Below are positions 20,291 through 52,425 of a stretch of 64,000 nucleotides of DNA, piece after piece (positions within the stretch are counted from its first letter, which is position 1; every line of letters begins with the position of its first letter). The DNA is taken from assembly GCF_009914755.1 (NCBI RefSeq), contig NC_060935.1; one strand, written 5' to 3'. The notes below the pieces were generated by a model. The model did not search any database, was not told the DNA's origin, and was given only the letters and a program-made list of their open reading frames with translations. Source of the stretch: the human T2T-CHM13v2.0 reference genome, Homo sapiens. A program made the translations under genes and the position numbers.

Positions 20291-21310
20291 TTACAGAGAT
20301 GAAATAAACAATGAGTATGTCTTAAAATAATTCAATAATCTTTATTTTACCAAATAAGGGCATCAGAAGCTTCTGAAGAAAACCTTATACCATCTTTTTT
20401 CTATTTAGTATAAATCCAGTTTTAAGAATGTGAAATACACAATCAATACATATTTTCTAAGACTCTATAATGTGCTAGGAGTTGTAGAGAATCAACATGT
20501 AATGTGGTTCTAACTCTCAAGGAACTTGGAACAAAGACCTCTGATGATGCTGCCTGCTTAGGCTAAGCCAGCTAAAAGCAGTGGTGGTCCTAAAACATGT
20601 TACATGCTCTTCAAACCTGAGAGCTTCTATGGCATGGACTTAGAGAACAGATGGTCTGTAAATGGTTTCTTTCTAGAGAACTCATTTCACAACAATGGAA
20701 AGCAGACTCTCTAAGCTTCAGAAAAATGAAAAAAGGTTTATTCTTCTTAAAATGTCAGCAGATCTTAATGATTAAGCAGCTGAATAATGGCAAAACACCA
20801 TGTGTTTTGAAGCCAAATCTGGCCTGGGGTAGCTCTGCCAGACGAAGGGTCTCAAGAAAGTATTCTGGGAGAATATGAGGAGGAAAAGCCAAAAACTGAT
20901 AGACAGTGAAACAGAAAGTATAAGAGAATAAAAGTTGATAAATACCAAAGTATAGAAACTCTGATCTCTTCTTCCTGTTTCTCAGTATTCTTGGCATCGC
21001 TGAGGAAGCTAAGGGCACCACCATGATTGACATACAGGGAAAAAACAAAAAACTCCAATTACTGCTTAGGAGGGAGAACTAATTCTACCCAAAGGAGGGA
21101 AGCACCATCTGAAGCATGTCAAACTTGGCCTGCAACCAAATTCTGCCATCGGGTGGAGTCTCTCCTTCCATCTGGGTAATAAGAAGTTGCAGATGGAAAA
21201 AGCCTGCTGGACTACTGCATGTACTATATGCCTCTTCTGTAAGAAATCACCTTTAAAAAGAAAAGTTTCAAAGTTTATCCAATTTGGATGGAGAACGGCA
21301 TTGCAAGATA

Positions 21311-21804
21311 AGTAGTGGCTTTAAAGCATGTCCATACTTCTTTGACACTCCTCCCATCAACAGGGGAAGTCTACTTCTTTTCCCCTTGAGCATGAGCTAT
21401 TCAACTGGCTTGCTGCCAACAAACAGAATGAGGAGGAAGTGATACTGTGTGACTTCCAAGGCTAGGTCATAAAAAATTATGCAGGTCTTGAGATGCTTAC
21501 TCTTGGAAGTCAGCCACCATGCTATAAGGAAGCCCAAGCCACATAAAGAAGACACATAGGTGTTGTGGCTGACAGCCCCAGCTGAGATCTAGCCAAGAGC
21601 CAGCATCCAGACATATGAGTGAGAAAGCCACTCAGCTGCCTCCAGCCCCAGCCACTATCTGATGGCTAATGCATTACAGATCCTGAGTAAGAACTGGCCA
21701 GTTGAGCCCATCAACTCCCAGAACCACGAGAAGAAACAATAATCAACTATTGTTGTTTTACGCCACTAAGTATGGATGACTGTTACACAGCAATAGCTGG
21801 AACA
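21311..21804 (+). mobile_element. MLT1 (ERVL-MaLR) solo LTR, MLT1G/H-like
   Basis: tctttgacactcctcccatc...cagaatgaggaggaagtgatactgtgtgacttccaaggctaggtcataaaa...gccactaag...tgttacacagcaatag...aaca. Confidence 0.85.
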
Positions 21805-22216
21805 AATGCTTCTGGCTAATTTGCCCTTTACAGTAATCACTCCAGTCGTCTTATCTTCCATAGAGAAATAGTTCTGCTTATGCTGGAGCTAAGGGCTGGC
21901 TCCCTTCAACCAGATTACTCTCTACAACATAGGACAAAAATGAATATAAGTGCAATGGACTCTGTAGGCCTCAGAGCTGCTGGGTTCACCTCTTAGAGGG
22001 TAAAAGGAGAGCCATGGTCTTAGTAAAGTCCCCAGAACAGCTAAAGTTCAGTGGCCACTGAGAATCCTACGTAGGCACTGAAAGAACATAATAAGCGTAT
22101 ATGATATCAGCACAGTCCCCAACTTGCCCTTTGACTAGAAAAGGCCCCTCTCCTGCCATACCAGCTAAAGGTTCAACATCTAACTCCTTATTTGTATTTA
22201 CTCTTCATCTATAATT

Positions 22217-24784
<2,568 letters not shown>

Positions 24785-26429
24785 CTAACCAGCTGACTTA
24801 AGAACATACCAGGAAAACTCCAGGTGTCTCCCCACTGCTCACTCCTCTTGCAACACCCTGTACTTTCCTCTTACAACACATAACACATTTTGTAATTACC
24901 TATTGATTTGTGTGGCTATTTGTTTAAGGTCAGCCTCACCATTGTATCGTAAGGTCCAAGAGGACAGCGACCTGGTATGTACTGTTATTTATCCCTGTCT
25001 ACCTATGATTTATCATAGTGCCTGGCAATGTTCAATAAATATTTGCTAACTGGAGATGAGTGATGGGTGGACAGACAGACAATGGAAGAAAGAACAAATG
25101 ATCTGAGAAAAACCATAAAAAAAGCAGGGTTAGATTTTAGGAACTTAAACATTTGAGAAATTAACCTACTTACATTTCTAAACAAATCATGTGGCTATGT
25201 GTCATAGGCCTATTAAAACCTTTTTCTTTTCTCAGAAAGAGCTAGAGAATAGTGAGGTGTGCAGCCCCATCTTATCTAGGGTCTAAGACGTAAATGACCA
25301 TTATATATGAATGGACCATTATTTCTCATTAATATATAAATTGCTAAAGTACAAAAACCATTGTTTCAAGATGACAGAGGAACTTTAATTGCTCCAGTAA
25401 ATAAGTGTGAAGGCATTTCAAGATTATGCTCACAAAAGCATTTCATGCATCACCTCAGCTCTGAGGCACACAGGCTCTGACAGTACAGTCTACCTTAATT
25501 GGCCCAAAGTCAGCAACATCATATGTCATGGTGCTGACAGACAGAAACTGCTGTGGCAAAATTGGCTGTGGCATCCTGCTGTTTTTGCAGTTAGACCAAT
25601 ATATACTAGAAAATGCTGAGGAAGATAAATGTAAAGAAAATCAGCATAATTCTGGAACCCTAGACAGCCTGCTGATTAATTAAAAGGCTTAACGTTTCTA
25701 TAATGTTTTAGAATGTAAACGGACTTTCATATATTCAATCTCATTTAATTCTTATAACAATCCCAGAAAATACATAAAATAGTTACTGTTTTACTGATAT
25801 AGAAATTTTGGAATCAGAATGGTATGAACAGCAAGTGGCCAGGATTAAATTCACAGGTCTGCAAACCTCATGCTGTCTTCACTATACTTTACACATGAAC
25901 TGTACCTCTTCAGCTCTTTACCCAAATGATTCTTTCCTTCTCAACAGGTGGTTGTGAAAATCATGCCCTGAACACAATTTATGGGAAATGAAAATTCTCT
26001 GAAGGCATTCCCCTGTTACCAGGAAGGTTGTTTGAGATCTGCTGTCCCCTCAGAGCTGGGGAACTTTCCAGGCCCAGGTCTCATGTTGTCACAGTTTTCT
26101 CAAATAAAAAATGAAGGCACAATAGAGCCCTACCCCCAAATACTATAACAAACAACAAGCCAGGTACCAAAGAACACGTGTGATTCTGAGAACTTCCTAC
26201 CATCACTGTTGCTTCTATCTCTCCAGCTGTCTCCTATTACTACTGCAGTTCTGGCAATGTCTTGAACACCCATCCATGATCCTACCACCTTTCACTGTCT
26301 CCCACTCTCCCAGTGCTTTCCCCCAACTTCCCTCCTTACCAACTTAAGGTCACGGTTACTCATTAGATCACTTCCCTGCAGAAACCTTCGGTTCCCTTGT
26401 TCCTTCAGGCTGTGTTGAACTTTCTTAAC

Positions 26430-26890
26430 TAAAGCCCAAGCCCCTACACAAAGATGTGTGGAGAAGGTTCATAGCAGCATTATTCCTAATAGCCAAAAAG
26501 TATAAATGATTGAAATGTCCATCAGTTAGTGAAGGATTAAACAATGGAACAGTATTCAGCAATAAAAACAGACAACTACTGATAAATGCTATAACATGAA
26601 TGAACCTCAAAAACAGGCTGAGTGAAAGAAGCCAGACACTAAACTCCACATATGATTGCACTTATATGAAATGTCCAGAAAAGGCAATCTATAGAAGCAG
26701 AGAATAGATTAGCGGGATGCCCGGAGACGGCAGTGGGAATGAGGTATCTTACTGCAGTGATAAAAATGTTTTAAAATTGAACTGTGGCAATGGTTATACA
26801 ACTTGGTAACATTAGTAATAATCATTTAATTGTATACTTTAAATGGATGAACTGGATATGTAAACTATACTGCAATAAAGTTTAAAAAAA
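26430..26890 (+). mobile_element. L1M 3'-end fragment
   Basis: gttcatagcagcattattcctaatagccaaaa...aatgtccatca...tgaacctcaaaaac...gaaagaagccagacac...caataaag. Confidence 0.8.
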
Positions 26891-27204
26891 AACACCCCGG
26901 TTAAATTTACCTGTTTTGTGCCTCACAGTGAAGCTGTAACTATACAAAAGTGAAGAAGAGAAAAAGCAACTACATGGCCCCGTTTAAGGCTCCAACGGAT
27001 TCTGGATCCTGTCTTCCAATCACACTATATTTCTGTAGCTTCTGTGTCTCTCGCTCTCCTCAATTATTTCACACCTTCTTTCTCCTCAAATCTCTTATCA
27101 CCTCATCCCTTAAGCTCCTTTCTCAGCTGATAATCCCACTTCCTACTTCACTGAGAAAGGCAAGGCCATCAGAAGAAAATGTCCAGATTCCTACCATCAC
27201 ACTC

Positions 27205-30040
<2,836 letters not shown>

Positions 30041-30307
30041 TTGCTTTTTTGTTGTTGTTGTTGTTGCTGCTGTTTTGAGGCAAGGTCTCGCTCTGTCACC
30101 CAGGTTGGAGTTGGAGTGCAGTGGTGTGATCTTGGCTCACTGCGACTTCCGCCTCCCAGGTTCAAGCAATTCTCATGTCTCAGCCTCCTGTGTAGCTGGG
30201 ACTATAGGTGCTCACCACCATAGCCAGCTAATTTTTTTTGTATTTTTAGTAGAGACAGGGTTTCGCTATGTTAGCCAGGCTGGTTTCGAACTCCTGGCCC
30301 CAAGTGA

Positions 30308-31890
<1,583 letters not shown>

Positions 31891-31901
31891 AATTTGTTAA
31901 G

Positions 31902-32282
<381 letters not shown>

Positions 32283-33454
32283 TTTTTGTTGCTGTTGTTA
32301 AGAAGAAGCACTATTTCCCATTATGTAGAAATGGCACTCCTAGAAATTATGTATCAGATACTTGAGGGAATGGCTTCAGGCTACAAAAAGACTTACAAGA
32401 TGAGAGTGTGGCTCAAGAGCCTACATTTGAGAATCACTCAAGAACTCAGGTGCCTCTTTACTGCCCTCCTCTCCCCAACCGTCCCTTCCTTGCCAGTTAT
32501 AATTACCTATAAAGTCACTGGAGAGACTCAGTCTAAAAGCACAATGACCTGCCTGGGCACCTGCAGCTCACCAAACTCAGTTTTGGCCTCACTTCTATGA
32601 CCAAGCTAGTGACCTGGTATGCAGGTCAGCATCTCAGCCTTCCTGCTAGTCCAGCTCTAATTGAACTCACTCAGAACAACTGGATTCTTGCTTACTCGTG
32701 AAGAACCAGCCTTATACCTCAGTTTCAGTAATTAGGGACCCATGCCTTTCTCTCCATATTTCATTTCCTGTCTTGGTATCCTGATCAATATTCTGTTTCC
32801 TCAGGCTTACACCTAGTACCTGTGCTTACTTCGTCTTTCTGGAGTCCTGTCCTGGGCCTGGGCCCAGTCCGTTTCTGAGCCCCAGACCTGACTCTCAGGA
32901 CCAGGTCCTCTGTCTTTTGCTTCCTTCCAGACCTCCTGGCTCCTGGGCTCTGCTCACCAGGCCTCCCTGGATCTCCTTAACTCCAACTGTCTGTTTACCT
33001 GGACCTCTGCCCTCAGACACCTTGACCCCTCCAACTCCTCTTCCCCATTACTCCCTTATCTGAATGCCTGATCCCCTCTTATCATTAATTCTGAGACCTT
33101 TCTGAAGAGCGAGTCAAGCCCTGGTCCATTTGGTCTCTCTATTTAAGACTGAATAAGGCCTATCTCAGCCCTGGCTGAGCCTTGAGCCTGAAAATAATGA
33201 ACATGAACTTCTAGTTCCTCAAAGGGCATAGTCAATCTTCCTAACAGTGTCAAAATGCTCTCAGTTAAGATAGCTGAAGTTGGTTGCCAAAAATAATCAG
33301 TGTCAAACACTTGTGCTTTCTTCAGCAGACCTATCTGCTTTACTTGGATGCTTTCACTTGGGCGAAACCAGAATATACTTTGCATTCTGGTGCCTCAAAA
33401 AAGAAATCTTTAAGATTTCTCAGGAAACTGGGCCCAAATAAAAAGAAAATGATG

Positions 33455-33747
33455 GGCCGGGCATGGTGACTCATGCCTGTAATCCCAGCACTTTGGGAGA
33501 CCATGGCAGGTGGATCACCTGAGGTCAGGAGTTGGGAGACCAGCCTGGCCAACATGGTAAAACCCTGTCTCTACCAAAAATACAAAAATTAGCCGGGCAT
33601 GGTGGTGTGCGCCTGTAATCCCAGCTACTTGGGAGGCTGAGGCAGAAGAATCACTTGAACCCAGGAGTCAGAGGTTGTGGGGAGTTGAGATCACACCAGC
33701 CTGGGCAACAGAGTGAGACTCCATTACACACACACACACACACACAC
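33455..33747 (+). mobile_element. AluS with a (CA)n tail, about 100 nt downstream of the exon 14 donor
   Basis: Alu dimer; (CA)n at about 33727-33748. Confidence 0.88.
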
Positions 33748-33850
33748 GATGGCTACTAGAGTCAACCCAGGACTGGAAGTTATATAATCCTAGAATCCAA
33801 TTTTTACCCATACTAGTCCTGGAATATCCCATAGGATTAAAGCCACATAC

Positions 33851-33981
33851 CTAGAAGCATCAAGGAATGGTCTATAGGCCAAGCTGATCCATTCTTCTTT
33901 ATTGGATGAATATTTTGGCTCCCGGGGTGTTTCTCTCATGGTGTCCAAATCCACTAAATAATGGCATTTACTGATATCAAT
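33851..33981 (-). CDS. ALG9: ALG9 coding exon (inferred exon 14)
   Basis: cctttctccatttcag|ATTGATATC...GCTTCTAG|gtatgt; 131 nt; IDISKCHYLVDLDTMRETPREPKYSSNKEEWISLAYRPFLDAS(R). Absent from the ORF track but in frame with both neighbours. Confidence 0.98.
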
Positions 33982-34419
33982 CTGAAATGGAGAAAGGCCA
34001 ACTCTTCATTAGTAATTTTGAAGGTCCCTTCAGGGTAGAGAACAGCAATTGCAATCCTAAAAATTTACAGAGCTTTGGAGGAACAAACATCCAAGTCTTC
34101 AGACAATGTTGCCTATGCTCTCTCCACTCAGATAAGAGTATTCAGGCTCTTGTGGGGGAGAGGCACACTCATTCAGCCATAGGTAAGCTTTGGCTGGTCT
34201 GATTCTAGGTTGAGTTCTTAAGTCCTTCTAGTCCCATAAACACTTCCAAAGCCACCATGAGCCCACAATCTCCCTCTGGAAAACCTATCTTCTTCTGCTC
34301 ACTACTGCTCTCTTCCAGTCCATCACCTCTTATTCCACAGACTCAAAGGGCATGACTAAACACAGATGCTAATGTGTGAGAAGGCCTGCCTCTCCTCACA
34401 GCCATGGGAGGTTACGCTA

Positions 34420-38750
<4,331 letters not shown>

Positions 38751-39409
38751 TAGATTATACATTACTAGAAGGTTTTTTAGAAGTGCATACAAAAACAAGT
38801 TGGTCATCTCTGGCTTACCGTGAACTCTGTTCTTCCCCAACCTCCACCTTACAGAAATGTTCTCATTCTCTCCCAGCATTATTTATATGTAAAAAAGACT
38901 TCAGTCTCACATCTGTCTCTACATATGGCCTATTCCTCCAGGGGAGAGAAAGCACACTGAGAATTGACGTCAGACCCAATTCCATTCCACATAACTCTCT
39001 AAAAATGATCCTTTGCATAAACACTTCAGGAAGTAGCCTTTTTGGTCTGAACACCCACTCTGTATCTCCCAAGGATTATAAGAACATGAAACAAGTTTTT
39101 AAAAGCTTTACAAGTGCCATGCCTCTGTAAGCAAACAGAACCAACAAGAGACAGAGACACTGAGGGTCTTATGCTTAGATTTCTTTTGGTTAGGGAGCCC
39201 TCAGTATGACATTTTAATACTTGACCTCAACGTGGCTTTTTCTGGCCAGGCACACTACAGGTCTGGTTATCTAGATTTGGTGTCGGGTACAAGGCCTACC
39301 AGGGATGTGGGTGGTAACTAATTAATATGCAACTGTATCAGTCAGATTAGGCTTCATTTATCATATCATCCCTAAGCAAATTCCATTTAAAGTAAAGGTC
39401 TTAGAAAGA

Positions 39410-42345
<2,936 letters not shown>

Positions 42346-42450
42346 TGAACTAAGGCTGCAGTAAAGAATAGGTTTGGGTGACATTGAGGAAAGATGATAA
42401 CTTGTGTCTTACACCTAATGAGGTGGGAAGAAGCATGGGGTACTCAAGTA

Positions 42451-42667
42451 CAGTCATGCGTCACTTAACGAGGGAGACAGGTTTTGAGAAATGTGTCTTA
42501 GATGATTTCATCATTATGTGAACATCATAGAGTGTATTTACACAGAGCTAGACAGTATAGCCTATGACACACCTAGGCTGTATGGTGTAGCCATAATAAT
42601 CTTGTGGGACCACCATCAAACATGCAGTCTGCCCTAGATCAAAGTGTCACTGAGCAGCACACAACTG
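42451..42667. mobile_element. Tigger3 (Golem)-derived short element
   Basis: ta|cagtcatgcgtcacttaacga...gaacatcatagagtgtatttacaca...aatcttgtgggaccaccatc...cacaactg|ta. Confidence 0.88.
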
Positions 42668-44444
42668 TAACTGAAAGAAGACCAATATGACTAAAATACT
42701 GAGTTAGAGAACTGTTTTCTGTTCCTACTCGTGGAACATTCCCTGTTGTCCCCTCATAAATTCCTACTCATCCTTCAGATTTCAGCTAAAAATGATTTCC
42801 TTAAGAAAGACTTCACTGACCTCTTAAACTAGGACAGGGCCTAAATTACATGCTCTTATAGCAACCAGTACTTCTCAAAACATTTTACAATTATATTCTA
42901 TTAATTAATTGGGAAATTCATTGTAAGCTCCATAAAATCTGGGGCTGTGTCTATCTCATTCATTCTTCTATGCCAAAAACCTAGCACAGTACAAAACATA
43001 CAGTAGGTCCTAAGTAAATGTCTACTTAACAAATACATGAAGAATGCATGAAAAAAAGGGAGAGGAAGTGAAGGAGGGAAGAAAAGGTAAAAGAGCAGAA
43101 GAGAGACAAAAAACAAACAGAGAGGGCCAAAGACCACAGATAAAGCTGAGAAGATGCCCGTAGCACTGGGCAGAAGAAAGAAGTGGAAGCAGCCAAGGAT
43201 GAAGGGAACCAGAAGACAGGACATAGAAGAATCAAAGAAGTACACAGTTTTGAAAATCTGGGTGAAGAGTAGATTTCAAATGCTACAGAAACACTATGGG
43301 GATCTGAAGACTGAGAAAAGGCAACAGGAGGAATGGGTTCAATGGTTGTATCAAATAATTTTATCACAGTTTAGAATGCCATGTGGGGACAAGGAAAGAA
43401 CTAATAGTCCAACCTCCTATTCTCAGTGACCTTCTCTGCTGTCTATCCAGCTGCCTGAGCCAAAGCCCCACAAGTCCTAAGACAGGAAGGATGTGAAGTT
43501 GCATTCAATCATCTATCAGCTGGAAATGACAATGACGCAAGTAGCTGTAAAAATAGAGATCTCTGGCAAGGGCCAACATGAGGTTCAGGGAACATCACAG
43601 AGAAACCATCTCCACACAGAAGACAGATCTTATTTCTCATATGTCACTGAAAATCCTCTGGTAAACAACTGTCATCATGAATCCTCTAAGAGTCCAAGGG
43701 GATAATGTGAAAGATCAATCTAAATCAACTGCCCTGTAAACTCCTAGGCAAGTGGGAGGATTAAAGCTGAAAAAACTGTTTAGACAGTTTGCCCACAGCT
43801 AAGTAAAATTTGGTCATAACTGAGACTATCCAGCAGCCACAATGGCTGACATATGTTATTAATTTAATACTTAGCTTTTAAGCAGCATTCAGAATGTCTT
43901 CCTTCCAAACACATAATAAATTCTGATTCATCACATCTCCTCAAATCCCTCTGTGAGCAACTGCAGCAAGGCCCAAGCCTTCTTATAGCTGAACCTTGTA
44001 AGCTCTGTGAAGGCAAGAACTGAATCTGTCTTTATAAGCACAATACACCTGGTGCCTGGTACAGTACCTGGCATATCTCAGGCAGTCAAAAAGTATTTGC
44101 GGAAGGAAAGAATGGTGACCAGCCACACCAGGATGCTGGACAACTTCCAACACCACGCTGTTCAAAACTATGACCAGCTTATTTGTAAGTGCCAAGAATT
44201 TCTTCCCTTAGCTTCTAGCCCCTGGAGGACAATCTATTTCCTCCATAATACCATACAATAAAGATCACATCATATCGTAATAAATCTACTAAACAAAATC
44301 AAGGTGCTGGTGTCTGGTAAGGGCCTTCTCACTGTGCCATCAAAATATATGACTCTATTCAGATCCATGACTGCATTCCTGCTATTGGGAAAGGGATTAC
44401 AGAATCCAAAGGAAATAAACAGAAGAATCACACTTAAGAGCAAC

Positions 44445-44842
44445 TGTCTTAGTCCAATCTGTGTTGCTATAACAGAATATCTGAGACAGGATAATTTATA
44501 AAGAAAAGAAATTTACTTCCTTACAGTTCTGGAGGCTGATGAGTACAAAATCAAGGTGCCGGCGCCTGGTAAGGGCCTTCTTACTGTGCCATCTCATGGC
44601 AGAAGGCAGCACATGGCAGAAGGGCAAAGACAGGGCAAGAGACAGCAAGAAGGGGATGAACTCATTGTTTTACAAGGCACTGACTCTCGAGATAAACCAC
44701 TCCGGCAATAATGGCATTAATCTATTCATGAGGGCAGATGTCCCATGACCCAAACACCTTCCATTAGGTGCCACCTCCTAACACTGACAAATTGGGGATC
44801 AAGTTCCCAATACATGAACTTTGGGGGACACAAACCATAGCA
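44445..44842 (-). mobile_element. MST-type MaLR solo LTR
   Basis: tgtcttagtccaatctgtgttgctataacagaata...acagttctggaggctg...catgaactttgggggacacaaaccatagca. Confidence 0.88.
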
Positions 44843-45018
44843 TTAACTCAAATTCCCAATTGGTATTTCTTGCCTTTCTCAATTCACAGACAAGATGTTA
44901 GAGATAATCAAGTCCAGTTCTGCAACCTTCCAGAACTTTCTGCATGTAAAGAAGTTCTAAGATGTTTTTTGACTCCATTTTAGCCACAACTTTTTTACTA
45001 TAAAAAATACAAATGTAG

Positions 45019-45130
45019 GGCCAGGTATTGTGGCTCACACCTGTAATCCTTTGGGAAGCTAAGGTAGGAGGATCACTTAAGGCCAGGGGTTCAAGACCAG
45101 CCTGGGAACATAGTGAGACCCTGTCTCCAA

Positions 45131-45168
<38 letters not shown>

Positions 45169-45330
45169 GCCAGGTATGGTGGTGTGCACCTGTAATCCTC
45201 ATTACTCGGGAGGCTGAGGTGGTAGGATTGCTTGATATCAGGAATTTGAAACTGCAGTGAGCTATGATTGCACAATTGCACTCCAGCCTGGGCAAGAGTG
45301 CGAGACCTTGTCTCTAAAAATAAAATTTTT
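45019..45330 (+). mobile_element. AluJ with a (CA)n microsatellite in the middle linker (about 45132-45167)
   Basis: Read directly from the sequence. Confidence 0.88.
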
Positions 45331-45404
45331 TAAAAAGTAAAAAGAAATCCTATTGCATATGCTCTACATATTTGAAAATGGATTATCAGTATTTTTTTCC
45401 TATA

Positions 45405-46243
<839 letters not shown>

Positions 46244-46343
46244 AGATACAGGTTATATCAACAAGCACCCATAAAACAAACATTAGAAGTGGCTAATGCT
46301 CCAAAATGACAGCAATAGAAAAACAGACTATAATAATGCTCTG

Positions 46344-47299
<956 letters not shown>

Positions 47300-49985
47300 T
47301 TATTTAAATCTAGCTAATATTTTCATTTGCATCAGGAAATGGGACCGCTGAATATTCTGCCTCTAGCTCTGTGATTTAGGGAAGTAGCTTAACCTAGGCT
47401 CAGAGATTTTACCACCTTTCCAAAAGGTTTGGAGTGCAAACCACTAAGATCCCTCTCAACTCTAGAGAAAGCAATTCCTCAACTCTAGAGAAAGCAACTG
47501 TAGAGAAAGCAATTTCCTCACAATTGCAAATATACTCCCCTTTGCTGATTCTACTCTTCTCTAAACTACTGCTGCTCATCATTACATACATTTCCATATT
47601 AAAAGCCCTGTGCTGGAGGTAACAAATATACAGGATTTGCTTTTACACTGCCAAGTCTTGAGCAATTAGAAAGTCTATGTCTTGCTTTTAGTACTGAACA
47701 CAGTTACATTTGTGACTGAACGTGTCACAAATGGCAAAGGCAAAATAAGATCATTCAATTCTCTCAATTTGTTGATGTCAAGGAGCTATTTAAAGCCAAT
47801 GTTAAATATGGAAAGGTTACAGAAATTTTGTGGGCTTACATGCCTGAAAAATTCTGAATTTTTACAGTGCTTCTTCATCTCTAAGAGCTTTAGCAATATA
47901 AAAAGTCTGACTTGGGAAAAGGTCACATGTCTTATCTACAGAGCCTAGATCACCACACAGATCTATCCTGAAGTTAGGTGATGGTAAATAAAGAAAGCTC
48001 CAATGGTTGTTTCCCTTCCCACTGTTCACATTCCACATCACCAATCAATTGTGGCACTCTTCCACTGAGCTTGGATTCAATGTCATCATGCTCTTTCATC
48101 CCAGGCTCCAGTAAGCCACTACCAATTGATGAGAGGTGTTATGTGAATTGCAACTATTTGTCCCCCTTGTGAAATCAGTACATAAGGGTGAACACCCAGG
48201 ATGGTGGTACTGCAACTCAGTGAAGCCCAACTGGATGATATCTCTTAGTTCTCAACAACATATCTCAAAATAAACAAACTACTTTATACAAAAATGCAGA
48301 TTTAGAAATCTGAGAAATCATGGGAGATCGCTTGATTTCTTCTGTTTTACAATAACAAATTCTGGGTTTCTTTCATAAATCGGACTTTTAAAATATCAGT
48401 GTATATAAAATATTTTAAGAATGCATCTATGATACAGAATGAAATTCACTAGTATTTATGACTAAAGTCACTATCACTGCCACCATTAAGAAAGTCCTGT
48501 TAAGTACTAAATTAGGAAACAAAAGAAAAATCACACAAATTTTAGAGAATTTCTACTTTGGAGTTAAGTCGACATATATACAAATAGTCACCATTTTTGT
48601 CAAAATCTCCATTTTTTTCTTTACGGGTTGTATATTGTTATTACAGTTTAAAAGGGGACCAGAGGAAGACAAATACATGGATAGATATCTTCCCTTTAGG
48701 AGCTTCCAACTTATGATGGACAATATCAGATGTATAAACTTTGAGTGGCATTCAGCCAATAGAATAAAGCCATTATACCAAAGCGTAAGTAAAAAGTAAT
48801 GGGAAGTTAATTTTCAATTATCCAGAGTTGGCAAAACATGCTTATAAAATCTTTTCCTACCGTAATTTCTGTGCTTAATCAGTTAGTTTGCATTATTATC
48901 AGTTCCTGCTATATACTTTACAATCTAAGAAGAGGGAATGTCTTTTTAAACGCAAACCTTTTCACAGTTATTTTCATCACCCATTCAGAAGAATATAAAT
49001 TCAATAGATAAAGTTCTACCCAGGTTAATATTTGCATCAACCTATGAAATTTTATTAAGTTGCATGAGGAAGGCATGGCTCCCAGGCTTTGAATTAGTTT
49101 CCATAAATGACCCTGAACAGAGAATTCGGAAACATCTGTGTGAAATAGACCTATCATAGCTAAAAGAAAAGTATTCCATCTTCCTGCAACATATCAAACT
49201 TGACAGGAAACCAGTGAGGACACAAATCTGCCAAATACCAACCTCTGTCAATTTACATTAGAAACAAACGACAGGAGAAAGCTAGACATGATCCCTGTTC
49301 TCCAGGTGCTTGTAACCTGGTACTCTTACTGGACTACAAACAACCTTGAAAAATGGTAGTGCTTGAGTCCTAATTGGTCCAAATTTCTACTATTAACAAG
49401 GTTTGGGGAGGCCTCTCTTTAGCTCAAAAAGACTAAATGAAGGGCTATTTGAGTATTTCACTTAAATTTTTAAAAATCACCTGCTGTGTATAATCCCTAT
49501 GCCAGGCATTGTGAAGGTTTGAAAGATTAATGACAAACATGAACCCTTGTCTTTAAACAAATGTAAAATTTGCCAGAGAACACCGTCACATACATAAATA
49601 TGTGAGAACAATGAAACAGAGAAGAAATGAGAAATGCTCCTGCTCAATTAACTAAAATCTAGAAACCTCAAGCCATTTAATTTCCCCTAAATATTCAATG
49701 TTATTTCATACTTCAGGCCTTTGCAAAAGCTGTTCCTTCTGACTGGAATGTCAATTTCCCCTTCCTCAGCCAGAAAATTCTTAATCAGCCTCTAAGACTC
49801 AACTCCTATGCTACCTCTTATGTGAGGCTGAAGTACGAAGAGTTTTCTCACCTTCTCTATGCACATTATGGCACTCAGTACACTGTTTAATAACATTTTA
49901 AGTTTGTTTCTTCTACTAGACTCTGAGGGCAAGATTTATGTCCTTTTCTAAATTCACCTTTAGGTTTATCAAAATAATATATACA

Positions 49986-52425
<2,440 letters not shown>

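Noticed and set aside
21014-21180. Kozak-like gcaccaccATG opening a 51-aa + strand ORF
   Set aside because: Short, with no promoter, splice or homology support; expected by chance.
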